Assembly: GCA_000991575.1 (NCBI GenBank)
Contig: LBRU01000001.1
Span: 156,996 to 220,995, forward strand
Length of the DNA: 64,000 bases
Reading direction: 5' to 3'
DNA from: a candidate division TM6 bacterium GW2011_GWE2_36_25
GTDB lineage: Bacteria; Babelota; Babeliae; Babelales; UBA12409
Shown here: in pieces, positions 47,420-55,753 of the stretch
Position numbering within the stretch: position 1 is the first letter of the stretch
Layout of the letters: every line of letters starts with the position of its first letter
Translations under genes and position numbers: made by a program
Notes under the pieces: generated by a model
The model's database searches: none
What the model was told of the DNA's origin: nothing
Seen by the model: the letters and a program-made list of their open reading frames with translations, nothing else

Positions 47420-47912
47420 GATTTTTTTCGAGAAATACGGAATTAAATGGTGCTTCGTGGAATCCGAATTTTTCAAAAAATTTTACTTCTCTGAAAAAAC
47501 TCTCGCGCTGTGTTTTTGTTAAAGGTTGAGCGGAAATTTTTCTAAATGATTCTGCCGGAATGTGTGCTAAAGTTACTAATTTCGCGAAGTTTAATTCTCT
47601 TGCTTTTTCTATGGCGCATTTTAAAGTAATTTTTTTATCTGCCGCCGTTTGAGGTGCAAATTCTCTTAATGTTATCCATTGAGAATTTAATGTTGAAGGG
47701 GCCAAGGAAAATCTTCCTAAAAGAGTTTTTTCCCGTGTTGTGCGTCTACATCGATCCATTTGAATGCGCAATACTTCATAATATTTTTCATCATTTTTTG
47801 TGTGGGTGTAGGTTTTTTTACGTTTGACATGAATTGCCCATTCTGAATCCATGCCGAAGAGTGGCGCGATGAGCATAGAGAGAGACATAAGCCTAAAAAG
47901 CATGTTAAGCAA
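47412..47912 (-). CDS. Secreted protein with degenerate GNAT-like fold
   Basis: Signal ending LFG-MD; AIEKARELNF.KL and FFEKFGF resemble GNAT motif B. Confidence 0.6.
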   Translation of the reverse strand: MLNMLFRLMSLSMLIAPLFGMDSEWAIHVKRKKTYTHTKNDEKYYEVLRIQMDRCRRTTREKTLLGRFSLAPSTLNSQWITLREFAPQTAADKKITLKCAIEKARELNFAKLVTLAHIPAESFRKISAQPLTKTQRESFFREVKFFEKFGFHEAPFNSVFLEKNLT

Positions 47913-47955
47913 CTTTCTTGTTTTTTATGATGAGTTCATTAAACTATAATTTAAA

Positions 47956-47971
47956 TTGATAAACCTATCAA
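47956..47971. promoter_or_regulatory. Second copy of the TTGATA-N4-TATCAA palindrome
   Basis: TTGATA-AACC-TATCAA in the divergent region between the 47912 gene and ssrA. Confidence 0.45.
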
Positions 47972-47991
47972 CCATTGCAGTGCAAATAAAC

Positions 47992-48020
47992 TTGACATGA
48001 TTGTTTCTATTTGTAATAAT
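47992..48020 (+). promoter_or_regulatory. sigma70-like promoter of ssrA
   Basis: TTGACA followed 16-17 nt later by TAATAAT, about 22 nt before the mature 5' end. Confidence 0.55.
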
Positions 48021-48042
48021 TGAGGTTGTAATTGAAATTTTT

Positions 48043-48414
48043 GGGGGCGTACTGGCTTCGACGTGGTATGTCGATGTTAGAGAGCATGTCGAGCGTTGTC
48101 TGTGTGCTCGTTAACTAAACGGTCAAACAATAAGTGCAAACACTAATATGGATGCACAACGTCTCGTTGCAGTTGCATAAACTGATCTGAGATGTTCTTG
48201 TTGATTGATGTGTCTATCTATTAGTCAACTCGAATTATATTGATAGAACTGTTCTGTTAGGTTTTTTCGTTTCGTATCAGGGCAGTATACCTAAACGGAC
48301 CTCTATTTTTTCCGTGTCTTTGCGGTGGAATAGAGGTATAAGCAAAGACTAAACATGTAGCGCTTTAATGTTGTTGTATTGCGGACATGGGTTCGATTCC
48401 CATCGCCTCCACCA
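48043..48414 (+). ncRNA. ssrA: tmRNA (one-piece); tag peptide ANTNMDAQRLVAVA* at 48136-48180
   Basis: 5' GGGGGCG pairs with 3' CGCCTCC-ACCA; GGTTCGATTCC T-arm; resume context ATAAGT-GCA; next to smpB. Confidence 0.96.
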
Positions 48415-48582
48415 GCTTTCGCCAAGGCTTCAGCTGGCAGGCCAGTTTTTTAATGGTTTTTAATAAATTTATAGATAGAAGAGTTGACGAAAGCTGTCCC
48501 CCGAAGCTTTATGCGTAGGCTGGACTTTACTTCGCTCCTGCAGAGCCGAGTATGTCCTGAGCGTGCTAAGCATGTCGAAGGG
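48412..48582. repeat. Cluster of REP-like palindromes at the ssrA 3' end
   Basis: CCAGCTTTCGCCAAGGCTTCAGCTGG, an inverted degenerate copy CCGAAGCTTTATGCGTAGGCTGG, and GTCCTGAGC...GTCGAAGGG. Confidence 0.6.
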
Positions 48583-48652
48583 CATGGCATAGCCATTAAG
48601 GAATGTTTTTAAAACATTATTCTTTTGCTTGTCCTGGGAAATATATTAAATA

Positions 48653-49282
48653 ATGTCTATTAAGCTAAAATCAGATAAATCTCGTATTTTATTTGTAGAT
48701 TTTGATGGAACTATTTGCCACGATAGATTTTGGCGAAGTTTAGATACGAGTACTTTTGAAAAGATCCAGAAAATTTTGTTTGGCAAAAATAAATCAATGA
48801 TCAATGAGTGGATGCGTGGCATTCATTCATCTGAAGATATAAATCATTTTATATCAAAAGAGTTAAATCTCTCCTTTGAATATCTGTGGGGCCATTTTGT
48901 TAATGATTGTGAAAATATGACTGTTGCGCAGGAGGTTCTTTATGGAATTGAAAAACTTAAAAATGATTTTCACACAGTATTGATTACGGACAATATGGAT
49001 TGTTTTACGAGATTTACAGTTCCTGCTCTTAAGTTGAACCTTTACTTTGATTTGATCGTTAATTCTTGTGAGAGCAAGAAATTCAAGTGTGATAATAATG
49101 GCGAGATATTTGTACATTTACTGAATGAGTATAATTCAAAAATTGATAGGAGTATCTTGATTGATAATTCCCAAGTTGTCTGCGATATAATTTCGCAACG
49201 TGGCGGGAATGTCTGTCTTGTCACGATAGAAAAACCTGCACTATTTTGGCTTAAAAAATTGGTGGAAGACGCTCATTGGTGA
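48653..49282 (+). CDS. HAD-superfamily hydrolase
   Basis: ILFVDFDGTI motif I, LITDN motif II, ILIDNS motif IV. Confidence 0.85.
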   Translation: MSIKLKSDKSRILFVDFDGTICHDRFWRSLDTSTFEKIQKILFGKNKSMINEWMRGIHSSEDINHFISKELNLSFEYLWGHFVNDCENMTVAQEVLYGIEKLKNDFHTVLITDNMDCFTRFTVPALKLNLYFDLIVNSCESKKFKCDNNGEIFVHLLNEYNSKIDRSILIDNSQVVCDIISQRGGNVCLVTIEKPALFWLKKLVEDAHW

Positions 49283-49316
49283 TAGGAGCTTGTGATTTTA
49301 TTCTATAATTAAAAAA

Positions 49317-49345
49317 TTGACAAAGAAGAAATATTTTGCTATATT
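49317..49345 (+). promoter_or_regulatory. sigma70-like promoter of the 49408 gene
   Basis: TTGACA-N17-TATATT. Confidence 0.55.
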
Positions 49346-49407
49346 AAAAAGGGTCTTTTGTTTTAGTGACTACCGGTGGGAAATAGGATTTAAAGAGGAT
49401 ATTTTTT

Positions 49408-50457
49408 ATGAAAAATGTAGGTAAATTTATTGCGCTTTTTGCTTTCTTGATGTCAGTTTTTTTTCAGGCGATGTGGGCAATGGATAGAGAGGATGGTCGT
49501 CTTTCTTTTTTGTACTCAAGTGACCCGTTATATAACGAATTAATTAAAAAAATTAATGCTGATAATGTTCTCGGTGTTGAGGATGTGTTAACTACTAAAG
49601 TAAAACAATTAAAGGCTGAAGCGAAATGTTTTGGATTCAAGGATGTTGCATCTTATGTTTCTAAAGAATTAGCCCGGTTTGTTTGCCAACCAATTACTGG
49701 CCATGTTCATTATTTTGGTCACTTCCCTTTATCGCTTGCTGATAGTCAGGAAGTTGTTGAGTTGCTGTTAATAGCGGGGGCAGATATAAATCAACAACAC
49801 GTAAGAGATGGGGAAGTTGAAAATTCTTTATTGGATAGGGTTTGTGAATATTCTTATTTACAGAAAAAATTTAGAGATTATTTACCTTTTCTTCTTTCCC
49901 ATGGAGCAAGATTAGAGGAAAAAAATTATAGAGAGATAGTTTGTGCTGGAAGGTTCAAAGATATTTTCTTGCTTATACAAGAAGGGGTAGATTTAAGTGT
50001 CCGCATAGACGATCTGGGAAGGGATGTGAGTATGCTTGAGTATTCTAATTGCCTGTTACAAAATCCTTCTCGGCGTTGGACGCAAGATGAGCAATCATAT
50101 TACGCTCATAATTCTATACAATGGTGTGGCCGCATGTCTTTCAGGTCTGTTTTTCGCAACAAAGAGATTTTTGAAGAATTGAATCAAAGAGCATTTTTGC
50201 GGTCGCCAAAATTAGATGATCGTTTAGTTAATATTATGCTGCGTTATTCTGAATTAGCATTAAAGAACCCTGAAGGTTTAAGAGATTTGCGCTATGGTCC
50301 CGATGATGAATATGTGGTTGTCGAAGAAGAGATCGGCGCAATTAAAAAAGCGCATGAAGAAAATCATCAACGGTGGCTCGCTTTAGCAAAAAAAGAGTTA
50401 GGTATGCATGAATCTTTGATAACATCTCTGAGGGAGCGGGAATTAGGCAGTAGATAA
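49408..50457 (+). CDS. Secreted ankyrin-repeat-like protein
   Basis: Signal ending WA-MD; FPLSLA..QEVVELLLIAGADIN, FLLSHGA, LLIQEGVD. Confidence 0.8.
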   Translation: MKNVGKFIALFAFLMSVFFQAMWAMDREDGRLSFLYSSDPLYNELIKKINADNVLGVEDVLTTKVKQLKAEAKCFGFKDVASYVSKELARFVCQPITGHVHYFGHFPLSLADSQEVVELLLIAGADINQQHVRDGEVENSLLDRVCEYSYLQKKFRDYLPFLLSHGARLEEKNYREIVCAGRFKDIFLLIQEGVDLSVRIDDLGRDVSMLEYSNCLLQNPSRRWTQDEQSYYAHNSIQWCGRMSFRSVFRNKEIFEELNQRAFLRSPKLDDRLVNIMLRYSELALKNPEGLRDLRYGPDDEYVVVEEEIGAIKKAHEENHQRWLALAKKELGMHESLITSLRERELGSR

Positions 50458-50665
50458 TTTTACATTCTCTTTAATCTGCGGAAAATACAACTCTTGGCTT
50501 TTTATCATCTTGTAATTGTATTATATTTCGTAGTTAGTTTGTTTATTAAAGTATTGATGCTCTAACTTCACAATATTCATTTGAGTTGTGAAATGTTACT
50601 TCGTGCTACACTGGTTAAGCATGGGGCATAAATTTTCATCTTTTAGCTCGCGTGCGTGCAATAGG

Positions 50666-51445
50666 TTATGTTTTGGTTGGTGCGATAAGACTCGCTTTAA
50701 GGGCATCTAAGAGCGGTTCATTTTTTTTGCGTTTCGGTTTAGTAGCTTCAATTTCTTTAACTTTTTTGCCTTTTTTACTCTGTTCAATTTTTTTCTTTAA
50801 TTGCTCAACAAAAGTGTCTTTGAATGTTCCCATATCAAATGCTTTTTTCGTTAATTTATTGATCAGCATGCGTGCTAATTTTAATTCGGCTGGGTGAATT
50901 TTAGGGATTTTTTTTAATCCAAGTTTTTCAATCGGTCTAATTTCATATGCATAGTTTAATGTTGTTAAAAGCAGTGCATTTTCATATGGTTCAATGAGAC
51001 AAGTATATTCTTTGTCGCGCATAACAAAACGTCCAATTGCAGCTTTAGCTTCTTTTTTGAGTGCTTCTAGAAAAAGAAAAAAAGATTTTTCATCTTTTTT
51101 TGCTGGTGCCATATAATAATGGTTATTGAGGTAGATTGGATTCACCTGTTGCATTGGAACGAATTCAACAATATCAATAGCGTCAGTTTTTTCAGGTTTT
51201 AATTTTTGCAGTTCTTCTTGATCAATAATAAAAGTTTTACCATTAGGCAGCTTGAGTCCCTTGACCGTTTCATTCCAAGGGATTTCCTTTTTACATTGAG
51301 GGCACCAACGTTCATAGTGAAGTTGGCTGTGACATTTTTTGCACAGAATATTAAAACCGAGTGTATGTTCCTTAATTGCAGCGTATAATTTAACGGGAAT
51401 GTTAACGAGTCCAAACGAGATGTCTCCTTGCCATATGGCTTGCAT
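50666..51445 (-). CDS. ku: Non-homologous end joining protein Ku
   Basis: WQGDISFGLVNIPVKLY, YLNNHYY, IGRFVMRDKEY, ELKLARMLI, LLDALKAS. Confidence 0.97.
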   Translation of the reverse strand: MQAIWQGDISFGLVNIPVKLYAAIKEHTLGFNILCKKCHSQLHYERWCPQCKKEIPWNETVKGLKLPNGKTFIIDQEELQKLKPEKTDAIDIVEFVPMQQVNPIYLNNHYYMAPAKKDEKSFFLFLEALKKEAKAAIGRFVMRDKEYTCLIEPYENALLLTTLNYAYEIRPIEKLGLKKIPKIHPAELKLARMLINKLTKKAFDMGTFKDTFVEQLKKKIEQSKKGKKVKEIEATKPKRKKNEPLLDALKASLIAPTKT

Positions 51446-51513
51446 AGAATCTCCTGTTTTTGGTTAGCGTATAAAAAAATAGGCAGAAGATAAAATTTAA
51501 AGAGGAAAATTCA

Positions 51514-51819
51514 ATGAAATATCCTAAATTGGTGCGTGATCGTGTGCCTGAAGTTATTGCGCAAAGTGGTAAAAAGGCGCAGGTTCGATTTGTTAAAGGT
51601 CAAGAGTTGCTTGATCAGTTGAAAGATAAATTAAAGGAAGAGGTTGATGAATTTTTGAGTGATGAAGCTATTGAAGAATTAGCTGATATTTTGGAAGTTG
51701 TGTATGCGCTGAGTCATTATCTCGGCGTTGACCAACGGCAATTGGATGAGTTTCGTAAATTGAAAGCTCAAGAGCGTGGGACATTTAAAGATGGCGTTAT
51801 TCTTGAGAAAGTTTTGTGA
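51514..51819 (+). CDS. Nucleoside triphosphate pyrophosphohydrolase (MazG/PRA-PH-like)
   Basis: KLVRDRVPE, KLKEEVDEF, EELADILEV, KAQERGTF. Confidence 0.9.
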   Translation: MKYPKLVRDRVPEVIAQSGKKAQVRFVKGQELLDQLKDKLKEEVDEFLSDEAIEELADILEVVYALSHYLGVDQRQLDEFRKLKAQERGTFKDGVILEKVL

Positions 51820-51864
51820 TTTACAGGAAGGCTTTTTTTATTCTTTTACGTATACTTATAATGT

Positions 51865-52500
51865 TTGTCGATAATGAGAAAGTTTATGAAGTTAATTGAT
51901 TTAAGTCATACGTTTGGCTTGGGAATGCCTGTTTTTCCGGGGGATGAAAAAGCCTCTTTAGTTGAAGTTGCAACGGTAAAAAAAGATGGATATACGAATT
52001 ATCAGCTTAAAGCCGGTATGCATGTTGGTACCCATATCGATGCGCCGCTTCACTTTATTTCTGAAGGCAAAAAAATTAGTGATTTTTCTTTAGAGCATTT
52101 TTATGGGTCAGCAAAAGTTATTGATGTTCGCGGAAAATACGACATTGATGTTGATAGCTTAAAGAATATAGAAATTACACGGGGGGATATCGTTTTATTT
52201 TTTACTGGACATGATCAGTTTTATGGGAAGCATGAGTACTTTATAGATCATCCCATTTTAACTGAAACGCTTGCATGTGCTTTGATTGAGCGTGGAATTA
52301 AAATGGTTGGTATTGATGCGCCAAGCCCTGATAAGTATCCTTTTCCTTTGCATAAATTGTTTTTGAAGCATGATATTTTAATTCTTGAAAATCTAACCAA
52401 TCTTGAATCATTGAGTAATAAAAATTTTGAACTCTTTGCTTTTCCTATAAAATTTGAAACTGATGCTGCTTTTGTACGAACTATTGCAAAATTAGAATAA
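51865..52500 (+). CDS. Cyclase family metal hydrolase (KynB-like)
   Basis: IDLSH, HVGTHIDAPLHF, VGIDAPSPD, ILENL. Confidence 0.93.
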   Translation: MSIMRKFMKLIDLSHTFGLGMPVFPGDEKASLVEVATVKKDGYTNYQLKAGMHVGTHIDAPLHFISEGKKISDFSLEHFYGSAKVIDVRGKYDIDVDSLKNIEITRGDIVLFFTGHDQFYGKHEYFIDHPILTETLACALIERGIKMVGIDAPSPDKYPFPLHKLFLKHDILILENLTNLESLSNKNFELFAFPIKFETDAAFVRTIAKLE

Positions 52501-52520
52501 TAATTGCTTTTATCGTTTAA

Positions 52521-53291
52521 ATGGTGAAAAAGGAGCAGGGATTGGTTGGGCGATGGCAAATAATTATCTTATTGGGGCTCTTCAATTTACTTGCCATGGA
52601 TAAATTTACAAAGCATGGTCATTCAAAGAGTGAGCCTGCAGGGGAATATGGTGCGCTTATTGAAATGGAGCCAATCTTGTCTGCCAAAAAACATGAACCA
52701 TTTATGCCTGTTGTCCCAGAAATTGATTTAGAGAAAGGGGAATCTAGTAACTCGTCTGAAGTGGTTCCATTAAATGAAAATAAAGAGCTTGCGCAAAAAG
52801 TTGAACAAATAATAGGGGATTTACATACTTTAAAGGATCAGTTAGAGCCGGAACCTATTTTTGTTCCGGTGACATTAAAAGAAAAGATTAAATATTATTG
52901 TTATCGAACTAAACAATGGGTTTGTGAACATAAAGGGAGAGTAACGTTAGTTATTGTTGGTGGCGTCTTATGTGTCTATTTTGGTTATTACATTGGCGTT
53001 AGAGGAATTCAAAAGATGACCGACACTTGTGATAGAGCACGAGACAAGGCCGAAGATGTTATTGATTTAGTTGATCAAGCACTTCCGTTTTGTAAGCACA
53101 CTTTGGCACAATGTAAAGAGAGCGGTGCACAGTGTGATCGCGCGAATGTAATGTTTGCAACACTTTTGACGATGCTTAAAAATGGAACATGTGAATTAGC
53201 TAGAGGATTTACGCAAGAAGCAATAGTCGCCTTTGGCGAAATGTTAGATGTTTGTCGTCGAGCTACTGATTTTGGTTACCATCCCCAATAA
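52521..53291 (+). CDS. Hypothetical membrane protein (signal, acidic linker, coiled coil, TM helix, Cys-containing coiled coil)
   Basis: IIILLGLFNLLA-MD N-terminus; VTLVIVGGVLCVYFGYYIGV TM segment. Confidence 0.7.
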   Translation: MVKKEQGLVGRWQIIILLGLFNLLAMDKFTKHGHSKSEPAGEYGALIEMEPILSAKKHEPFMPVVPEIDLEKGESSNSSEVVPLNENKELAQKVEQIIGDLHTLKDQLEPEPIFVPVTLKEKIKYYCYRTKQWVCEHKGRVTLVIVGGVLCVYFGYYIGVRGIQKMTDTCDRARDKAEDVIDLVDQALPFCKHTLAQCKESGAQCDRANVMFATLLTMLKNGTCELARGFTQEAIVAFGEMLDVCRRATDFGYHPQ

Positions 53292-53294
53292 AAA

Positions 53295-53951
53295 TTATTT
53301 TTCTGGATTGACGAGCTCATAAAAATAAACAGGACAGTTCGTGCTCCATGTCATTGGTAGATGAGCGGTCTCTTTTAATTCAAAACAATTTTTTGCATTG
53401 GGCAAATTGCGCAGTGATGCAATTTTAAGTCCTTTTTGAAGCTTGGAAAATTTGTCTGACAGTTTTTGCATGAGGTCATCAGAAAAACATAATGAGGCAA
53501 TATAAACCGCAGTGGCATCATCGATATTTGTTTTGAGAAGGTCGTTTTCTTCAAAGATAAGTTCTCGATTTTTTTTAATTTTCTTTTTTTCTTTTAATTG
53601 TTTTTTTGCTTTATGTGCTGTTTCGAGACGAGATTTTGACAATTCGATGCCCACGCTTTTTTTGACTGGTGTTGTTAAATATACTTGTACAACCATTTTT
53701 CCGATGCCGCATCCTAAATCATAAAAACAATCTTTTTTATTTAACTTGAAGCGTTTTAAAATTTCATGTACACCATCATAGGTTATTTCACCATAGGTCG
53801 GCTCTCCACCAGCATTACGAATAAGCTGATCTTCTTCGAGTGGAATGATAAAACCTGAATTTTCTTTATAAAGATTTTCGATAAGAGCCTCATTGCTGAT
53901 GGCCTGTAGAGAGAATAATAAAAAAAATGGTAAAAATAATTTGCAAATCAT
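53295..53951 (-). CDS. DOT1-like class I SAM-dependent methyltransferase with signal peptide
   Basis: TYGEI, FYDLGCGIGK, VGIELS, F.E.DL, VYIASLCF, GLKIAS. Confidence 0.8.
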   Translation of the reverse strand: MICKLFLPFFLLFSLQAISNEALIENLYKENSGFIIPLEEDQLIRNAGGEPTYGEITYDGVHEILKRFKLNKKDCFYDLGCGIGKMVVQVYLTTPVKKSVGIELSKSRLETAHKAKKQLKEKKKIKKNRELIFEENDLLKTNIDDATAVYIASLCFSDDLMQKLSDKFSKLQKGLKIASLRNLPNAKNCFELKETAHLPMTWSTNCPVYFYELVNPEK

Positions 53952-54055
53952 TTTAATCCTTTTTTGTGTACGCTGCTATTGACGCAGTCTTTGAGCATGT
54001 TAAACTGACTCATAAGCAAATTTAAGTTTTTTTGATAAAAAAATAAAGGATTAGA

Positions 54056-54748
54056 ATGTTATCAATAAAACAACAGTTATTTCTTTGTCTCGTATTTGTT
54101 TCAGCAACACGTGCGGCGCAATCAAATATAAGTTCGGTTGCCGATAAAGGGCAAAATATTTCTGCTTCAGCAGAAAAAACGGTAAAAGCACCTGAGGTTA
54201 AAGCTCCAAATATTTTAATTATTCTGGTTGATATTCAAGATATTATCAATAAAACGCAAGTTGATAAAGAATTTGTCGAGGATTTAATCAACAAACAACA
54301 AGAATTCCAAAAAGAATTGAAAGCCAAGGGCGAAGAGATTCAAAAGAAAGAGCAAAACCTCAAAGCAAAAGCTTCTGCACTTTCAGCAGATGCGCTCAAA
54401 AAATTATATGAGGAGCTTGATGATATTCGTGTACAAGCAAATCGCCTTGCTGAACGTCGCCAAAAAGAGTTGCAACAAGAAGAGATGAATACTCGTTTCA
54501 AAGTCTTTAAAACAATTCAAGATTATGCCCAAGAGTTGTTAAAAAACAAACCTGGTGTCAAAGTTATTCTTGAAAAAAATAGTGTTCTCGCGTTTGATCA
54601 TTCCATTGATATGACAGATGAATTAACAAAAGTTATTAAAGATGATCTTGCCAAAAAAGAAGCAGCAAAGAAAAAGGTGGCTGCTGCAAAAAAAGAGACA
54701 GAGTCAGCCCCTAAAACATCCAAATTAGCCGCTTCCGCAGCTGCTTAA
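54056..54748 (+). CDS. skp: OmpH/Skp periplasmic chaperone
   Basis: Signal peptide; ILVDIQDII, long coiled coil, VILEKNSVL.F....DMTDEL. Confidence 0.85.
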   Translation: MLSIKQQLFLCLVFVSATRAAQSNISSVADKGQNISASAEKTVKAPEVKAPNILIILVDIQDIINKTQVDKEFVEDLINKQQEFQKELKAKGEEIQKKEQNLKAKASALSADALKKLYEELDDIRVQANRLAERRQKELQQEEMNTRFKVFKTIQDYAQELLKNKPGVKVILEKNSVLAFDHSIDMTDELTKVIKDDLAKKEAAKKKVAAAKKETESAPKTSKLAASAAA

Positions 54749-54767
54749 TTTAAGCTTTATAAACTTT

Positions 54768-54800
54768 AAAAAAGACCCATTTTCAAAATGGGTCTTTTTT
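54768..54800 (+). terminator. Intrinsic terminator
   Basis: AAAAAAGACCCATTTT-c-AAAATGGGTCTTTTTT. Confidence 0.8.
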
Positions 54801-54893
54801 AAACATTGTTACTTTCATAATTTTCAGGTGGTATAAAAAGAGAAAGGGTGCTAGCGTAAGCTAATTGATGCATAATCTGAAGGAGGCTGTTGA

Positions 54894-55610
54894 ATGATTG
54901 CGTTAGTAACATTTCTTATTTTTATTACGAGTTTGATTGGATTTATCATTGGTTTTGGTACATCAACCCTATTAATACCAATCTTGTTGTTTTGGTATTC
55001 TGTTTCTACCGTTTTAATTTTGGTTGGCTTGTTACATTTGTTGAATGATTTAACTAAGATATTTTTTTTATTTAAGGAAGTTCCCTGGCGATTAGCAATT
55101 TTTTTTGGTTTTCCTGCTGTTGTAATGAGTTTTTTTGGTGCTCAATTAACGTTTTTAATTGACCGTGCGCTTTTTTTACGTGTGCTCGGTATAATTTTGC
55201 TCATATATGTTTTGGTGGAGTGGTTTCATGAGACAATTGTATTACCGCGTAATAGAGTTGTGACTCTTTTGGGTGGTGGCCTTTATGGGTTTATTCAGGG
55301 ATTAACCGGAATTGGTGGCGCTTTGCGTGCAGCAATTCTTACATCATATCATATGACGCCAGCTGAATTTGTTGCAGCAAACGGCTTTGTAACATTGCTC
55401 GTCGATCTTGTGCGTGTAGGGACTTATATTTCACACGGATTTCCCCTTGAATTCGCCTGGTGGCATTATTTATTATTTATAATAGCTGTTCTTTTGAGTG
55501 CTGTTGTGGGAAAATATTTGATATATCGATTACCGGTAAAACTTATACAACAACTGGTCTTAATTGCTATTTTTATGGTGAGCCTTAAATTTATTTTTTT
55601 GCCACATTGA
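54894..55610 (+). CDS. Sulfite exporter TauE/SafE family permease
   Basis: GFIIGFGTSTLLIP, GFIQGLTGIGG; highly hydrophobic duplicated halves. Confidence 0.88.
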   Translation: MIALVTFLIFITSLIGFIIGFGTSTLLIPILLFWYSVSTVLILVGLLHLLNDLTKIFFLFKEVPWRLAIFFGFPAVVMSFFGAQLTFLIDRALFLRVLGIILLIYVLVEWFHETIVLPRNRVVTLLGGGLYGFIQGLTGIGGALRAAILTSYHMTPAEFVAANGFVTLLVDLVRVGTYISHGFPLEFAWWHYLLFIIAVLLSAVVGKYLIYRLPVKLIQQLVLIAIFMVSLKFIFLPH

Positions 55611-55753
55611 TGGATGTTTTGTATTGGTTTCAAGGGAAAAAGGCTAAAAAAGTATAAGTTTCGCTTTTACTATCGTTTTATACGTTTATACTAAATACAT
55701 AAATATTTTTCATATTTTTTAATTTTTGCCGATAAACATGAAATGAGCAGTTT

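Noticed and set aside
48412-48582. Possible CRISPR array
   Set aside because: Only two or three degenerate, inverted palindromes with no regular repeat-spacer periodicity and no cas genes.
50567-50592. TTCACAA/TTGTGAA inverted repeat in the 208-bp gap between the ankyrin gene and ku
   Set aside because: Short and AT-rich with no second copy. Only very short ORFs (about 20 codons) lie in the gap.
54660-54748. Histone-H1-like Lys/Ala tail on Skp
   Set aside because: A short low-complexity tail on a periplasmic chaperone, insufficient to infer DNA binding.
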